From an uncultured cyanobacterium (GTDB lineage Bacteria; Cyanobacteriota; Cyanobacteriia; PCC-9006; JAAUQQ01), in the NCBI GenBank assembly GCA_963718615.1, contig OY970368.1, positions 608,001-672,000 of the forward strand: 64,000 bases of DNA, written 5' to 3'. A program made the translations under genes and the position numbers. Of the stretch, positions 32,850-44,115 are shown piece after piece. The first letter of the stretch is position 1; each line of letters opens with the position of its first letter. A model generated the notes under the pieces. It ran no database searches, was not told where the DNA came from, and was given only the letters and a program-made list of their open reading frames with translations.

Positions 32850-34142
32850 CTAGATAATCGTGTCGTCCGGAATCGTGGCATTTTTCACAACCACCACAAT
32901 GCCGCTGCGAATATAGAAACCGAGATCTTCCCGTTCTGCCTCTTCGATGCGATCGCGATTGATAATCTGCACATTCTTACCAATACGCGCATTTTTATCT
33001 ACGATCGCCCCTCGAATCGTCGTGTTCGCCCCAATCCCCATAGGGATCACAAGATCGGTCGGGTCCGGATTACGTTCGGCATGGGGCTGATAATAATCAC
33101 AGCCCATAATCAGTGAGTCTTGAATCACACTTCCCGATCCCACCCGAGAGCGGACGCCCAGAACTGAGTGATGAACGCGACATTCCTTGAGAATACAGCC
33201 CTCACCCACGATCGATTCGGTGACCTGACAATCGAGCAGCTTGGTCGGCGGCAGGAAACGGCTGCGGGTGTAGATCGGAGCCTCGTCGTTGTAGAAACTA
33301 AAGGGAGGTTCTGGTTGGATCGTCAGCGCCAAATTGGCCTCGTAGAATGCCTTGATGGTTCCAATATCTTCCCAATAGCCATCAAACAAATAGGCCTGAA
33401 GATTGTAGTGGTCTGCCGCTGCGGGAATGATCTCCTTACCAAAGTCCGTTTGGTCAGGGTACTTCGCCAGCAAGTCAATCAGAGCCTGTTTTTTAAAGAC
33501 ATAGATCCCCATCGAAGCGATGTAGGGCTTCTCCTGGGCAGAGGCTGCATCTAACCCTAAGACCGTTGTATCCACCTGCATGGTCTTGAGGGCTTCCCCT
33601 TTGGGCTTCTCGCTAAAATCAATCACTCGGCCTTCGTCGTCAATCTTCATTAGACCAAAATCAGAAGCACGGTCTTCGTCGATAGGCACGACAGACAGGG
33701 TAACATCAGCCCCGGTTTTGCGATGGTGTTCCACAAACTTGGAATAATCCATGCGGTAGAGATGATCGCCGGACAGAATGAGATATTCTTCCACATCCCA
33801 TTCTTCAAACATCCACATGTATTGGCGAACCGCATCTGCGGTGCCCTGGAACCAACTCGGGTTTTGGGGAGTTTGCTGGGCAGCCAAAACTTCCACAAAT
33901 CCATCACTAAATCCGCCCAGATTGTTATAACTCCGGGAAATGTGGCGATTGAGGGAGGCCGAGTTAAATTGCGTTAAAACGTAAATTTTGTAGATGTCAG
34001 AATTGATACAATTACTGACAGGAATATCAATGAGGCGATACTTACCCGCCAAGGACACAGCAGGCTTGGCCCTCACTTTGGTTAAGGGATACAGCCGCGT
34101 TCCAGCCCCGCCTCCCAAAATGATGCTTAAAACTTTTTGCAC
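32850..34142 (-). CDS. glgC: Glucose-1-phosphate adenylyltransferase
   Basis: [41 protein letters not shown]. Confidence 0.98.
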   Translation of the reverse strand: MQKVLSIILGGGAGTRLYPLTKVRAKPAVSLAGKYRLIDIPVSNCINSDIYKIYVLTQFNSASLNRHISRSYNNLGGFSDGFVEVLAAQQTPQNPSWFQGTADAVRQYMWMFEEWDVEEYLILSGDHLYRMDYSKFVEHHRKTGADVTLSVVPIDEDRASDFGLMKIDDEGRVIDFSEKPKGEALKTMQVDTTVLGLDAASAQEKPYIASMGIYVFKKQALIDLLAKYPDQTDFGKEIIPAAADHYNLQAYLFDGYWEDIGTIKAFYEANLALTIQPEPPFSFYNDEAPIYTRSRFLPPTKLLDCQVTESIVGEGCILKECRVHHSVLGVRSRVGSGSVIQDSLIMGCDYYQPHAERNPDPTDLVIPMGIGANTTIRGAIVDKNARIGKNVQIINRDRIEEAEREDLGFYIRSGIVVVVKNATIPDDTII

Positions 34143-34413
34143 AATCAGACTCCCGAAGATCCGCGCGTTTAACGATGCTTTGCTGTATCTTATAAAATCG
34201 CTCGAGCACCCGAAGATTGCCTTTCTTTTCTCTCAATTCGTGATTAATAGTCAAGAAGGCAAAGCAGTTTAGGTTCACGAACATCCTCAGTGTCGGCCTG
34301 TCCTGTCTCCTTGGCAAGAGGGATCAATTACAAAATGCAAAAAATCTGCTTACAGATAGATCTCAAATCAGAACAAGGTTAGATCCTGAGGGACTCCCGG
34401 TTAAAATTTTTCC

Positions 34414-35505
34414 TCAATCCTTAGACTGAGGCGATCGCCCCTCCAAGGTTGTTTGGTGCTGCACCATGAGCCCCTGACGACAATAGTTCCAGGTACTCGG
34501 ATCCTCTCCGGTCACCCACTGGCAATGGTGATCGCGAAATCGGGTCCAAGTTTGTTGCATTTGTCGTAGGAGCGGCTGTTCAACGGGGAGAAGGGTGATG
34601 GCGATCGCATCATAGCGTTGCTGAAGGGCTGCATCGACCTGTTCATAAACCACCTGGGTACAGCGAAACAGCAGATCTCGCTGGGGCGGTGCCCCGAGGA
34701 TCGGCCCATCAACCCGCTCACAGTGCAGGGGCTGACCTTGGTAATACAAAACCCCTAAACGATGGACAGCCGCCAGCATCTCCGCAGTCTGGGGAGATGG
34801 GGTGATCGAATCGCCAGCCGTGGGGCGTACCCAACGCCGCAGCTGACCGGTGCGGGTTTCTGTGAGTGCTGTGAGACAGGTCGTCACAAAGGTTTCGTAG
34901 GTGGGTTGCTGGGCGCGATCGCGGTTGAGGTATTCACAGGCCGCTTGGCGATAGGCGTCCCAGCTAGACTGGGCCTGGTCCAGCAAGGCCACGGAGGTCG
35001 TTGGGGAAGCCGTAGCGGCTTGGGCTGGCTGCTTTTGAAGCTGCTTTTGAATTTGCTGAATCACCTGCTCCTGAAGGCGTTCCGAGGCTTCTAGGGTTTG
35101 TCTTGCACATTGATTGAGCTGGGCTTGACTAACGGGGTCTGCACAGATGAGGGGGGAGAGGGAGGAGAGGGGCGTTGGGGAATTGGGGGAACTGGATGCT
35201 CGGGGAAGGGGCGTTGGGGAAATAGGCGTTGAAGGAATCGGTGTTGAAGGAATCGGTGTTGAAGGAATCGGCGTTGGAGCGGTTGGCGAGCCTAAGCTGG
35301 GGACGGAGGCGGGTTGCTGAGGCGGGGCCGTAGGGCTCGCAAACTCATCGGGGGCCGGCGGCAGCAGCGGACGCGATGTAGGGGAGAGCGTCGGAGTCTC
35401 GGGGGTAGGCGCAAAAGAACCACAGGCGACCATCAAGCCCATCATCCCCCCCAGAAAGCCCAGTGGATATAACCAGTCAACCAGATGATTCCGGGGGTCG
35501 GACAC
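34414..35505 (-). CDS. Putative lipoprotein with Pro-rich linker and two LprI/DUF1311-like domains
   Basis: Lipobox-like MVAC, TPIPS repeats, two C...AQxxW.xYR..xC-like modules. Confidence 0.65.
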   Translation of the reverse strand: MSDPRNHLVDWLYPLGFLGGMMGLMVACGSFAPTPETPTLSPTSRPLLPPAPDEFASPTAPPQQPASVPSLGSPTAPTPIPSTPIPSTPIPSTPISPTPLPRASSSPNSPTPLSSLSPLICADPVSQAQLNQCARQTLEASERLQEQVIQQIQKQLQKQPAQAATASPTTSVALLDQAQSSWDAYRQAACEYLNRDRAQQPTYETFVTTCLTALTETRTGQLRRWVRPTAGDSITPSPQTAEMLAAVHRLGVLYYQGQPLHCERVDGPILGAPPQRDLLFRCTQVVYEQVDAALQQRYDAIAITLLPVEQPLLRQMQQTWTRFRDHHCQWVTGEDPSTWNYCRQGLMVQHQTTLEGRSPQSKD

Positions 35506-35520
35506 GAACGTTCAAGGCTC

Positions 35521-36924
35521 CTAGACAGACGAGGGGGAAAAGGACGAGAGACAAATCTGGCGGAAATGATCACCCCGCTGCTCAAAGTTCTCGTACTGGT
35601 CAAAACTGGCACAGGCTGGGGAGAGCAAGACCGTTTTAGCCCCCTGGGCTGCGGCGAGGGCTGCCGCTTGGGGAACCGCTTGGTCGAGGGTGTCGCAGCA
35701 TTCGATGGCGGTGTAGCCGCGCGATCGCAACCGTTCTGCAAATTGTGCCGCCGCCGCCCCAAACAACACTACCGCAACGGCCTTGGCTTCGATTTGGGCT
35801 AACCAGCCCTGATCTTCTCCAGCCTTCGACTCCCCTCCAGCCAGCAAGACCGCTGGGGCCTCCACCGATCGTAGGCCAACTTCGGCAGCGTCGTAGTTGG
35901 TTGCCTTACTATCGTTGATAAATTTAATACCTTTCCATTGGCAAATAGACTCCAAGCGATGGGGCACCCCAGGAAAAGCATCCATGGCAGCGGCGATCGC
36001 TTCCGGTTCAATTCCGGCTAAATGCGCCGCCGCCACGGCCATGAGCAGATTTTGCTGGTTATGGGCTCCCTGCATCTTGAGTCGATCCGCCGCGAGGAGC
36101 CGCTGTCCGGCGATCGTCACCCATCCCGCGTCAAGATAGACTCCCGGCGTCGTACCTGCGGGTAAACCGGCCTGACCCTGGGTGCTGGTCCAGCAGGCAT
36201 CGGGCCAACGATCCTGATAATGCTGACGGATATAGGGATCATCCCCATTGAGAATGCGAAATTGGGCCTGGTCAATCAAATGGGCCTTAATGCTGGCGTA
36301 ATTTTCTACGGTGTAGTGGCGGCTGAGATGGTCCGGGGTGAGCGTCGTCCAAATAGCAATTTGCGGCTTCACTGAGCGTCCGGCCTCAATTTGATAACTG
36401 CTCATTTCCGCGATTACCCAGTCCAAGGGCTGACCCTGGTGTCGCCAGTCCGCCACCCCATCGCAAGCCGCATAGCCAATATTGCCGCAGGCAGGAGCTT
36501 GTTTTCCCGCTGCCTTAAAAATGGCCTCGACCAACGCCGTCGTCGTCGTTTTGCCATTGGTCCCCGTAATCGCTAACCAAGGAATTTCCTGAGAAAATCG
36601 CCAGGCCAGCTCCAGTTCCCCAACCATATCCCACCCCAGGCTGCGGGCCTGCTCTAACCCCGACAGATCCCAAGGTACCCCTGGACTCACCACCACGAGA
36701 TCGGGTTTGGGTCGCAATCGCCCAGTCTTAAACGCCCAGGCCGCAGGATCAAACGTTTCCCCCAGCGAGACCGTGATTCCAGCTTGGGCCAATTGCTGTT
36801 GTTGCTCTGGCGGTGCTGCGTTGGGGTTGCGATCGCTCAGCGTCACCTCAAACCCTTCCCCCTTAAGCAATCGCGCTGCTGCCAAACCCGACCGACCCAG
36901 CCCAATCACATATGCACTGCCCAT
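35521..36924 (-). CDS. murD: UDP-N-acetylmuramoyl-L-alanine--D-glutamate ligase
   Basis: IGLGRSG, SPGVP, TGTNGKTTTT, NDSKATN, LLSPACASFDQY. Confidence 0.97.
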   Translation of the reverse strand: MGSAYVIGLGRSGLAAARLLKGEGFEVTLSDRNPNAAPPEQQQQLAQAGITVSLGETFDPAAWAFKTGRLRPKPDLVVVSPGVPWDLSGLEQARSLGWDMVGELELAWRFSQEIPWLAITGTNGKTTTTALVEAIFKAAGKQAPACGNIGYAACDGVADWRHQGQPLDWVIAEMSSYQIEAGRSVKPQIAIWTTLTPDHLSRHYTVENYASIKAHLIDQAQFRILNGDDPYIRQHYQDRWPDACWTSTQGQAGLPAGTTPGVYLDAGWVTIAGQRLLAADRLKMQGAHNQQNLLMAVAAAHLAGIEPEAIAAAMDAFPGVPHRLESICQWKGIKFINDSKATNYDAAEVGLRSVEAPAVLLAGGESKAGEDQGWLAQIEAKAVAVVLFGAAAAQFAERLRSRGYTAIECCDTLDQAVPQAAALAAAQGAKTVLLSPACASFDQYENFEQRGDHFRQICLSSFSPSSV

Positions 36925-37029
36925 GTTGTCTTCTGCCTTGATTCCGCATCCTCGAAGCCACAAATCATCCTACAAGGGTGCTGCTCTTTCGCGGTAATGG
37001 GCATCGCTTAACCAAGCGAAAGCGGTACA

Positions 37030-37959
37030 GTGGTGAGAAGCATTTTGATCCCTACCATTTCATTGATTCCTTCGACTATCGCTGTGTCATCTCATGTCTC
37101 TATTCTTGGGTTTCTGAGTTCAGGCGAACTGCTGGAGCGTCTGGGACCCTACCTGCAACAGCGCTATGTCCTGAATCTTTGCCGCCATCGCGATGAGTTC
37201 CTTCAGCTCATCCGCACCCAAACCATCACCGCCGACTGTCTACTGGTCGAAGAGAGCCCTGAGCTGGAAACGCTGCTCTCGGAGCTCCGGCAATGCGCCA
37301 TCCTGCTCCCCATCGTCATCCTAACGCCGACTCGCTCCCTCAAGGATGAGGTTGGGGCTAATAATCCTCCCCATCGCTATCATCCAGCAGAGATCAGGCT
37401 GAGCCAAGATGATGGAATCGAGCAGCTAGGTCATTGGGTAGATGAGGCGATCGCCCAATTTCTAAAACTACCGGCCTCCGCGCCCATTCCAAAAGCCTCA
37501 CAGTTTCCAGACCCAACCTTCGATCGTCCCCACCAAGGGTTCGCCCTTTTACAGGACCAACAAAAACGCTTAGCGGAAAAACTTCGAGAACGCTTGGGGT
37601 ATCTAGGGGTGTACTACAAACGAGACTCCCGACTCTTTTTGCGCAACCTCTCCCCGGAGGAAGTGGGAGAAGTCCTCGGAAACCTAAAAACACAGTATCA
37701 AGAAATTGTCTTAAAGTACTTCTATGACAATCAGGATATCAATCTTGCCATTGATGCCTTTGTAAACTTAGCTTTTTTTGCAGATGTTTCTGTGACTCAA
37801 ATTGTTGAGATTCATATGGAACTTATGGATGAGTATTCCAAACAGTTAAAATTGGAAGGCAGAAGCGAAGAAATCTTGGTTGATTATCGCCTAACGCTGC
37901 TGGATATCGTGGCTCACCTCTGCGAGATGTACCGGCGATCTATCCCACGAGAGTCCTAA
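37030..37959 (+). CDS. kaiA: Circadian clock protein KaiA
   Basis: KLRERLGYLGVYYKR, HMELMDE, DYRLTLLDIVAHLCEMYRRSIPR. Confidence 0.96.
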   Translation: MVRSILIPTISLIPSTIAVSSHVSILGFLSSGELLERLGPYLQQRYVLNLCRHRDEFLQLIRTQTITADCLLVEESPELETLLSELRQCAILLPIVILTPTRSLKDEVGANNPPHRYHPAEIRLSQDDGIEQLGHWVDEAIAQFLKLPASAPIPKASQFPDPTFDRPHQGFALLQDQQKRLAEKLRERLGYLGVYYKRDSRLFLRNLSPEEVGEVLGNLKTQYQEIVLKYFYDNQDINLAIDAFVNLAFFADVSVTQIVEIHMELMDEYSKQLKLEGRSEEILVDYRLTLLDIVAHLCEMYRRSIPRES

Positions 37960-37962
37960 ACC

Positions 37963-38289
37963 ATGAGTATCATATCTCTCAAAAAAACCTATGTTTTGAA
38001 ACTGTATGTTGCAGGGAATACGCCAAATTCTGTGCGCGCGTTAAAAACATTAAAAAATATTTTAGAGCAGGAGTTTCAAGGGGTTTATGCGCTAAAGGTT
38101 ATCGATGTTCTGAAGAATCCACAACTGGCAGAAGAAGACAAGATCCTGGCTACTCCAACGCTGGCCAAAATCTTGCCACCGCCGGTTCGTCGCATTATCG
38201 GCGATCTATCGGATCGAGAGCGGGTGCTGATCGGTTTAGACTTGCTCTACGAAGAACTTCAGGACGATAGCGAATATTCGACGACCTAG
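37963..38289 (+). CDS. kaiB: Circadian clock protein KaiB
   Basis: [21 protein letters not shown]...ILATPTL. Confidence 0.97.
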   Translation: MSIISLKKTYVLKLYVAGNTPNSVRALKTLKNILEQEFQGVYALKVIDVLKNPQLAEEDKILATPTLAKILPPPVRRIIGDLSDRERVLIGLDLLYEELQDDSEYSTT

Positions 38290-38439
38290 GGCGATCGCCC
38301 GCAGCCATCCAATCGCCATCCAGTATAGGGGGAGCCATCAGACTGTCGCAGAATCGCGGTAAGGTATTGTTCGTGCGAAATCCCGGCATATAATGGCCTC
38401 TGCGTTTAGTTTTTGCTTCGTCAGCTCGCCCCTAAACCT

Positions 38440-39999
38440 ATGAGTCAATCCGATCAGGCCATGAACTCTCCGCTGCGAGGCGTTCAGAAGATCAGAACCA
38501 TGATCGAAGGGTTCGATGACATTTGTCACGGTGGCTTGCCCTGCGGTCGGACCACACTCATGAGTGGAACCTCAGGCACCGGCAAAACCCTGTACTCGGT
38601 CCAGTTCCTCTACAACGGCATTCAGTTTTTTAATGAGCCTGGGGTTTTTGTCACCTTCGAGGAATCCCCTGCGGACATTATCAAAAACGCCGAAAGCTTT
38701 GGCTGGGATCTGCAACAACTGATAGATGATGGCAAGCTTTTTATTCTGGATGCTTCACCGGATCCCGATGGCCAGGACATTGTGGGCAACTTTGATCTTT
38801 CAGCATTGATTGAGCGCATTCAGTATGCCATTCGCAAATACAAGGCCAAGCGGGTGGTGATTGACTCGATTACGGCAGTATTTCAGCAGTATGACGCCGC
38901 GTCCGTCGTCCGTCGAGAAATTTTTCGGCTCGTGGCCCGCCTCAAGCAAATTGGTGTGACAACGGTGATGACCACGGAACGGGTGGAAGAATACGGGCCG
39001 ATCGCTCGTTTTGGTGTCGAAGAATTTGTCTCAGATAACGTGGTGGTAGTGCGCAACGTCCTGGAAGGAGAACGACGGCGACGCACGATCGAAATTCTCA
39101 AGCTGCGCGGAACCACCCACATGAAAGGAGAATATCCTTTCACGATGACCAGCAATGGTATCAATATCTTTCCCCTGGGAGCGATGCGCTTAACCCAGCG
39201 ATCTTCCAATGTGCGGGTATCCTCCGGGGTCACGAAGCTGGACGAAATGTGCGGCGGTGGCTTCTTTAAAGATTCGATTATTTTGGCCACTGGGGCCACG
39301 GGAACAGGCAAGACGCTGCTGGTTAGCAAATTTGTCGAAAATGCCTGCAAGAGCGAGGAGCGGGCGATCCTGTTTGCCTACGAAGAATCGCGAGCTCAGC
39401 TCCTGCGCAATGCCTATTCCTGGGGGATCGATTTTGAAGAATTCGAGCGGCAGGGTCTCCTCAAAATTATCTGCGCCTACCCGGAATCTGCCGGACTAGA
39501 GGACCATCTGCAAATTATTAAAACGGAAATCGAGCAATATAAACCGTCTCGCATCGCGATCGATTCCTTATCAGCCCTCGATCGAGGCGTCAGCAGTACT
39601 GCCTTTCGACAATTTGTGATTGGTGTTACGGGCTACGCCAAACAGGAGGAAATCACGGGTTTCTTCACCAACACAACGGATCAGTTTATGGGCTCTCAAT
39701 CGATTACCGATTCCCATATCTCAACGATTACAGATTCGATCCTTTTGTTACAGTACGTTGAGATTCGGGGAGAGATGGCCCGTGCTATCAACGTCTTTAA
39801 AATGCGTGGATCTTGGCATGATAAGGGGATTCGAGAGTTTACCATTAGCGAGAACGGTCCTGATATTAAGGATTCTTTCCGTAACTTTGAAGGCATCATT
39901 AGCGGTGCCCCCAGCCGGATTTCGTTCAATGAAAAGAGCGAACTTTCCCGGATTGTGCGAGGGGTACAGGAAAAGAGTAGCGATCGCCCCGATCTCTGA
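38440..39999 (+). CDS. kaiC: Circadian clock protein KaiC
   Basis: Two RecA-like domains (GTSGTGKT, GATGTGKT), SHISTITD phosphorylation sites. Confidence 0.98.
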   Translation: MSQSDQAMNSPLRGVQKIRTMIEGFDDICHGGLPCGRTTLMSGTSGTGKTLYSVQFLYNGIQFFNEPGVFVTFEESPADIIKNAESFGWDLQQLIDDGKLFILDASPDPDGQDIVGNFDLSALIERIQYAIRKYKAKRVVIDSITAVFQQYDAASVVRREIFRLVARLKQIGVTTVMTTERVEEYGPIARFGVEEFVSDNVVVVRNVLEGERRRRTIEILKLRGTTHMKGEYPFTMTSNGINIFPLGAMRLTQRSSNVRVSSGVTKLDEMCGGGFFKDSIILATGATGTGKTLLVSKFVENACKSEERAILFAYEESRAQLLRNAYSWGIDFEEFERQGLLKIICAYPESAGLEDHLQIIKTEIEQYKPSRIAIDSLSALDRGVSSTAFRQFVIGVTGYAKQEEITGFFTNTTDQFMGSQSITDSHISTITDSILLLQYVEIRGEMARAINVFKMRGSWHDKGIREFTISENGPDIKDSFRNFEGIISGAPSRISFNEKSELSRIVRGVQEKSSDRPDL

Positions 40000-40258
40000 T
40001 CCCTCATAGGATTTTGATTGGATGCTCCCATGGGACCTTGAACGGGACCTTGAGGGGATAGAGTTCAGTAGGCGGCTTAAATTTATACTTAAAGATTTAT
40101 AGAAAAGTGTTCTCGCCAATCATTTTTGTTGAATAATCTATGCAAAATATCGCATGACAAAATTTTTCTGAGAACGGTATAATCTCACCCTGCTTACAAC
40201 CGGCATCCCTCAGAAGCCGGATTGCAACACGACCGCTGTCCTAATGTGTTAGAGACCT

Positions 40259-41398
40259 ATGCTACTATTCGGGCTTGCTTGGGTTGCATCTTGGATGAGT
40301 AGCTGCTTTGCCCAAAGCAGTTGCAATCTTCAGTTTTACCTTCAAGGGAGTCTTTTGGCCCAACAGCAAGTGCAGAGTACCCTGGCTACTGTTGCCGCCC
40401 AGACCCACCCTCACCCCCCCCTTGCACCAACCCTCCGTTCACCCCAGGTTCAGACCGCCGCTACTTTGCCACCAGTGGCCTCCGCTTCACTCTTGCCGAA
40501 CTGGCTGGCCTCCCAAGGCAGTATTTTAGAACTGGCCCAGCCCTTAGCCCGCTGGTTAACGGCTTGGCGTCCTTTTCAGGGCGATCGCCCCGATCCTTTA
40601 CCGGATGTTCGAAATACCTGGGCAGTCGGAGACCTTAGCTGTCTGTCCGGCACCCATGGGCTACGTCCTCACCACACCACCCAGTATCCGGGGTTTTCAA
40701 CCTGGCTGCGGTCTTGTTTGCTGGTAGACATAGCGGAAACGGACCCAGCCGCCTCGGAAAGTCTGGCTCGCCGCATGGAGGAAGCCCTGCGAGCAGCCCA
40801 GTGGCAAGGGGATTCGATTCAGCCGACCTTGGCGGAAAATTTGCCTGCGGCGAAGGTGGGCGATCGCCTCCTGTTTATCATCACCCCAGAAATGGCCACG
40901 GCTCTCCATATCAATGGCGAAATCCTAGCTACCCAATGGGTCAACCAACTGCGCATCGCCCTAGGGGCTGAACCCCTGACTCTGGTCGATAGTCAAATGC
41001 TGATGCATGGCCTGAAGCGAACTGGCGACTACCTCGAAGGGGACGCGTCCTGGTATGGCCCCTATTTCCACGGCAAGCTCACGGCCACGGGCGAAATCTT
41101 TGATAAACAATTATTTACGGCGGCCCACAAGGAATTGCCCCTAGACACCTATCTCAAGGTCACCAACCTGAAAACTGGGGATACCTTGATTGTGCGGGTG
41201 AACGACCGAGGACCCTATGTGGGCGATCGCATGCTAGACCTCTCCCAAGGCGCGGCCCAATACCTGGGCAGCGAAAATAATGGCGTTGTCCCGATCCGGG
41301 CGGAGGTGCTAGAGCCAGCGGATCGGCTCCAGGCCTCCCTCCCCTATCGGGCGATCAAACCCCTTCAGGATCCCTTGATTACGATGTGGCGTCCGTGA
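40259..41398 (+). CDS. rlpA: RlpA-family septal lytic transglycosylase
   Basis: ASWYGPYFHGKLTATGE, TAAHKELP, VRVNDRGPY. Confidence 0.88.
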   Translation: MLLFGLAWVASWMSSCFAQSSCNLQFYLQGSLLAQQQVQSTLATVAAQTHPHPPLAPTLRSPQVQTAATLPPVASASLLPNWLASQGSILELAQPLARWLTAWRPFQGDRPDPLPDVRNTWAVGDLSCLSGTHGLRPHHTTQYPGFSTWLRSCLLVDIAETDPAASESLARRMEEALRAAQWQGDSIQPTLAENLPAAKVGDRLLFIITPEMATALHINGEILATQWVNQLRIALGAEPLTLVDSQMLMHGLKRTGDYLEGDASWYGPYFHGKLTATGEIFDKQLFTAAHKELPLDTYLKVTNLKTGDTLIVRVNDRGPYVGDRMLDLSQGAAQYLGSENNGVVPIRAEVLEPADRLQASLPYRAIKPLQDPLITMWRP

Positions 41399-41997
41399 TC
41401 CAAACTGAGCCAGCCCGTATCGCGGAGCTGGTTCAAAATTCGGGTAACGGTCACTCGGGTGGTGCCAAGGGCATTGGCCAAATGTTGGTGCGTCAGCCGC
41501 AGCTCGAGGCGCGTTCCCGCTTCAACGGGCTGACCCACCTCTAGGGCGAGGAGCTGCAAAAACTGCTTGAGCCGCTCTTCCACCCGGCGTTGTCCCAAGA
41601 GCGCCACCATGGTCTCCGCTTGCTGCAAGCGACGGCAGAGGCTGCGCGAGACTTCCTGTAGCAGCACTGGAGATTGTTCAACCTCAACCATCGAAAACTT
41701 TGTGGCCTCCACATCCGAAAAGGCCACGGCTTGATAGGGATCCACCATGCTTAGGGGACTGCCAAAGGGCATCGAAGGACCTGCCAAACCTAGCAAGGCT
41801 TCATCCCCGGTGGGATACAGGGTGTTGAGCAAGACTACCCCCGATTTGACGATCCAGACTTGATGCTCTTGGAGCGGAATGACCTGACCCCGCCGAAACC
41901 CGTGGACGGGCCGGGGCAGAGACCGTAGATCAAGGGTCGAGTTCAAGCGGACCGGCCTGTGGTCTACCGCCTGAAGATTTAAAGTTGCCATAGCCAA
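41365..41997 (-). CDS. Crp/Fnr-family transcriptional regulator (PtrA-like)
   Basis: GDEALLGLAGP, HTH LTHQHLANALGTTRVTVTRIL. Confidence 0.88.
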   Translation of the reverse strand: MAMATLNLQAVDHRPVRLNSTLDLRSLPRPVHGFRRGQVIPLQEHQVWIVKSGVVLLNTLYPTGDEALLGLAGPSMPFGSPLSMVDPYQAVAFSDVEATKFSMVEVEQSPVLLQEVSRSLCRRLQQAETMVALLGQRRVEERLKQFLQLLALEVGQPVEAGTRLELRLTHQHLANALGTTRVTVTRILNQLRDTGWLSLDHGRHIVIKGS

Positions 41998-42044
41998 ACA
42001 CTTAAACCTTGCGTGATGGGGTCAGTGCTCAGTGTAGGGGCGGT

Positions 42045-42085
42045 AAATCAAGGGGAGGTAAGGGAAAGGTTGTGGCGAGTTTAAG
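42045..42085 (-). promoter_or_regulatory. Candidate Pho box (SphR/PhoB site)
   Basis: Four 8-mers at exact 11-bp period (CTTAAACT, CACAACCT, CCTTACCT, CTTGATTT) versus consensus CTTAACCT; TACACT -10 at 42031-42036. Confidence 0.55.
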
Positions 42086-42220
42086 CTTTTAAGCCTTGAG
42101 CTAGACGATTGAAGAGAGGACGAGGCGATCGCCAGCACTACTCTTGCCCAATAGCCTAGGCGGTCGCTTTAGGAAAAACAAGCTATCTAGAACACAATGC
42201 CAGAACAGGCTAAAACCCAG

Positions 42221-42712
42221 CTAAAACACGATCGTTCCAGGGCCACTTTTGAAGGGACCCACCACGGTTGAAGTGATCCAACCCCCATAAAAATGACCCG
42301 GTTGGGGCCTCACCCGTTCGCCATCGACGCGACATTCGTCCATGGATTCAGGGTAAAAGGCTATGAAGTCACGAATGGGACCAAAGGGTTCTGTGGGATT
42401 GGGATAAAACCAGGCCGTGGATTCCGCTTGGCGATCGCCCACCGTCACGGTGTAATATCCCGCCAACCCCTTCCACTCGCAAAATGAATGACGCGGCGTT
42501 AGGGTGAGATACTGCATCTGAATGTCCTCCGGCGGAATGTAATAGACCGGCGGATGGCTGGTTTCGAGCACCCGCTGGGACCGTTGGCTGGTGGCAATCA
42601 AGACGCCATTGAAAACGACTTCGAGCAGCGCGGTACAAGCTTCTAGGCGGGGGGGCCGGGGATAATCCCAAACGGATTCTTGGCCGGGACCCGGTTCGAT
42701 CCGTTGCATCAT
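42221..42712 (-). CDS. DUF427 domain protein
   Basis: ESVWDYPRPP, VLETSHPPVYYIP, SFCEWKG, FYGGWIT. Confidence 0.9.
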   Translation of the reverse strand: MMQRIEPGPGQESVWDYPRPPRLEACTALLEVVFNGVLIATSQRSQRVLETSHPPVYYIPPEDIQMQYLTLTPRHSFCEWKGLAGYYTVTVGDRQAESTAWFYPNPTEPFGPIRDFIAFYPESMDECRVDGERVRPQPGHFYGGWITSTVVGPFKSGPGTIVF

Positions 42713-42737
42713 CAGGTTTATCAGAAGAGGTCTCTCG

Positions 42738-43334
42738 ATGATAACGTCTCAGAATCTGCCGCTCAAGCTGGCGCTCAAGGAATGGGCGATCGCCCTCGAT
42801 GCCCTCTACCAAGGCGAACAAATTCTCTTGCTCCGCAAGGGTGGAATTCGAGAGCAGGGACGAGGGTTTACCTTAGAGGCAGAAGCCTTTGGGCTCTATC
42901 CCACCTACGAACACCAAAAGCCCGAATTGCTCAAACCCGCCTATGCCCACCGAGTGGAGCCGGTGCCATCCGGCTGGCATCCTGCCCAGGTGACGATTCG
43001 GGCTTGGGCAGCGGTGACGGAGAAGCTCGAACTGGACCGGGCGGAGCAGATTGAAGCGCTGTTGCCGCTGCATGTGTGGAATGAACGGTTTGTGCGCGAT
43101 CGCCTCCGTTGGCAGCCCAAGATGCCGCTGAGCCTTCTGCTGCTGCGGGTTTATCACTTAGCCACGCCCCAGATTCTAGACTATTGCCCAGCATTCGGTG
43201 GCTGTCGCTCTTGGCTAGAACTGCCGAAGGCTATCACCGTTGAAAATAGCCATCCTGTGCTGTCGGATGAGGGGTATGGCAGTCAGGTTGCTCACCTCAA
43301 AACCCTTGTGGGAGTCGGGCCGATCCACCCCTAG
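42738..43334 (+). CDS. DUF1802 family protein
   Basis: [29 protein letters not shown]. Confidence 0.9.
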   Translation: MITSQNLPLKLALKEWAIALDALYQGEQILLLRKGGIREQGRGFTLEAEAFGLYPTYEHQKPELLKPAYAHRVEPVPSGWHPAQVTIRAWAAVTEKLELDRAEQIEALLPLHVWNERFVRDRLRWQPKMPLSLLLLRVYHLATPQILDYCPAFGGCRSWLELPKAITVENSHPVLSDEGYGSQVAHLKTLVGVGPIHP

Positions 43335-44071
43335 GGCTGATTGACGCTGCGGTAATTGACGATGCGGGCAAAGCTTTCGGGCTTGAGGCTTGCGCCACCG
43401 ACCAGTGCCCCATCAATTTCGGATTGGGCCATGATTTCATCGACGTTGCCGGGATTGACGGACCCACCATACTGAATGGGCACATCGCCATGGGTGAGCT
43501 TGCTGCGAATGAGGCCAATGACGCGGTTGGCTTCCGCCGCTGCGCAGGTATCCCCCGTGCCGATCGCCCAGATCGGTTCGTAGGCAATCACCAGATTGGT
43601 TTGGTCCACTTCTTCAAGGCCAATCTTGAGCTGCTCAAAAATCACGGCTTCGGTGTCGCCGTCGTCGCGCTCTTCCTTGCTTTCACCCACACAGAGAATC
43701 GGGGTTAAACCGGCGTCCTGGGCCGCTTTGAGCCGCTGATTCACCGTATCGTCTGTTTCCCCAAAATACTGTCGCCGTTCGCTGTGTCCGACCACCACAT
43801 AGCGCACGCCAATTTCGCTCAGCATTGCCCCAGAGATTTCCCCAGTGAAGGCTCCCTCGCTGGCCCAATGAACATTCTGTGCACCTACCCTGACTCGGCT
43901 GCCGTGGAGGCTCTTGGAGAGTACCGCCAAATCCGTAAACGGCACACAGAGAATCACCTCGCGATCGTCTGGGGTTGTTTCCAAAGTAGGCAGAAACCCA
44001 TGGAGAAACTCGGTCGTTTCCGCCTGGGTCTTGTACATTTTCCAGTTGCCAGCGATGACGATTTTGCGCAC
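43331..44071 (-). CDS. tpiA: Triosephosphate isomerase
   Basis: [36 protein letters not shown]. Confidence 0.98.
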   Translation of the reverse strand: MRKIVIAGNWKMYKTQAETTEFLHGFLPTLETTPDDREVILCVPFTDLAVLSKSLHGSRVRVGAQNVHWASEGAFTGEISGAMLSEIGVRYVVVGHSERRQYFGETDDTVNQRLKAAQDAGLTPILCVGESKEERDDGDTEAVIFEQLKIGLEEVDQTNLVIAYEPIWAIGTGDTCAAAEANRVIGLIRSKLTHGDVPIQYGGSVNPGNVDEIMAQSEIDGALVGGASLKPESFARIVNYRSVNQP

Positions 44072-44115
44072 AGCTCTTGCGTAGTTTCAAAAGGGCAATG
44101 TTCAGTTTAGACCGA

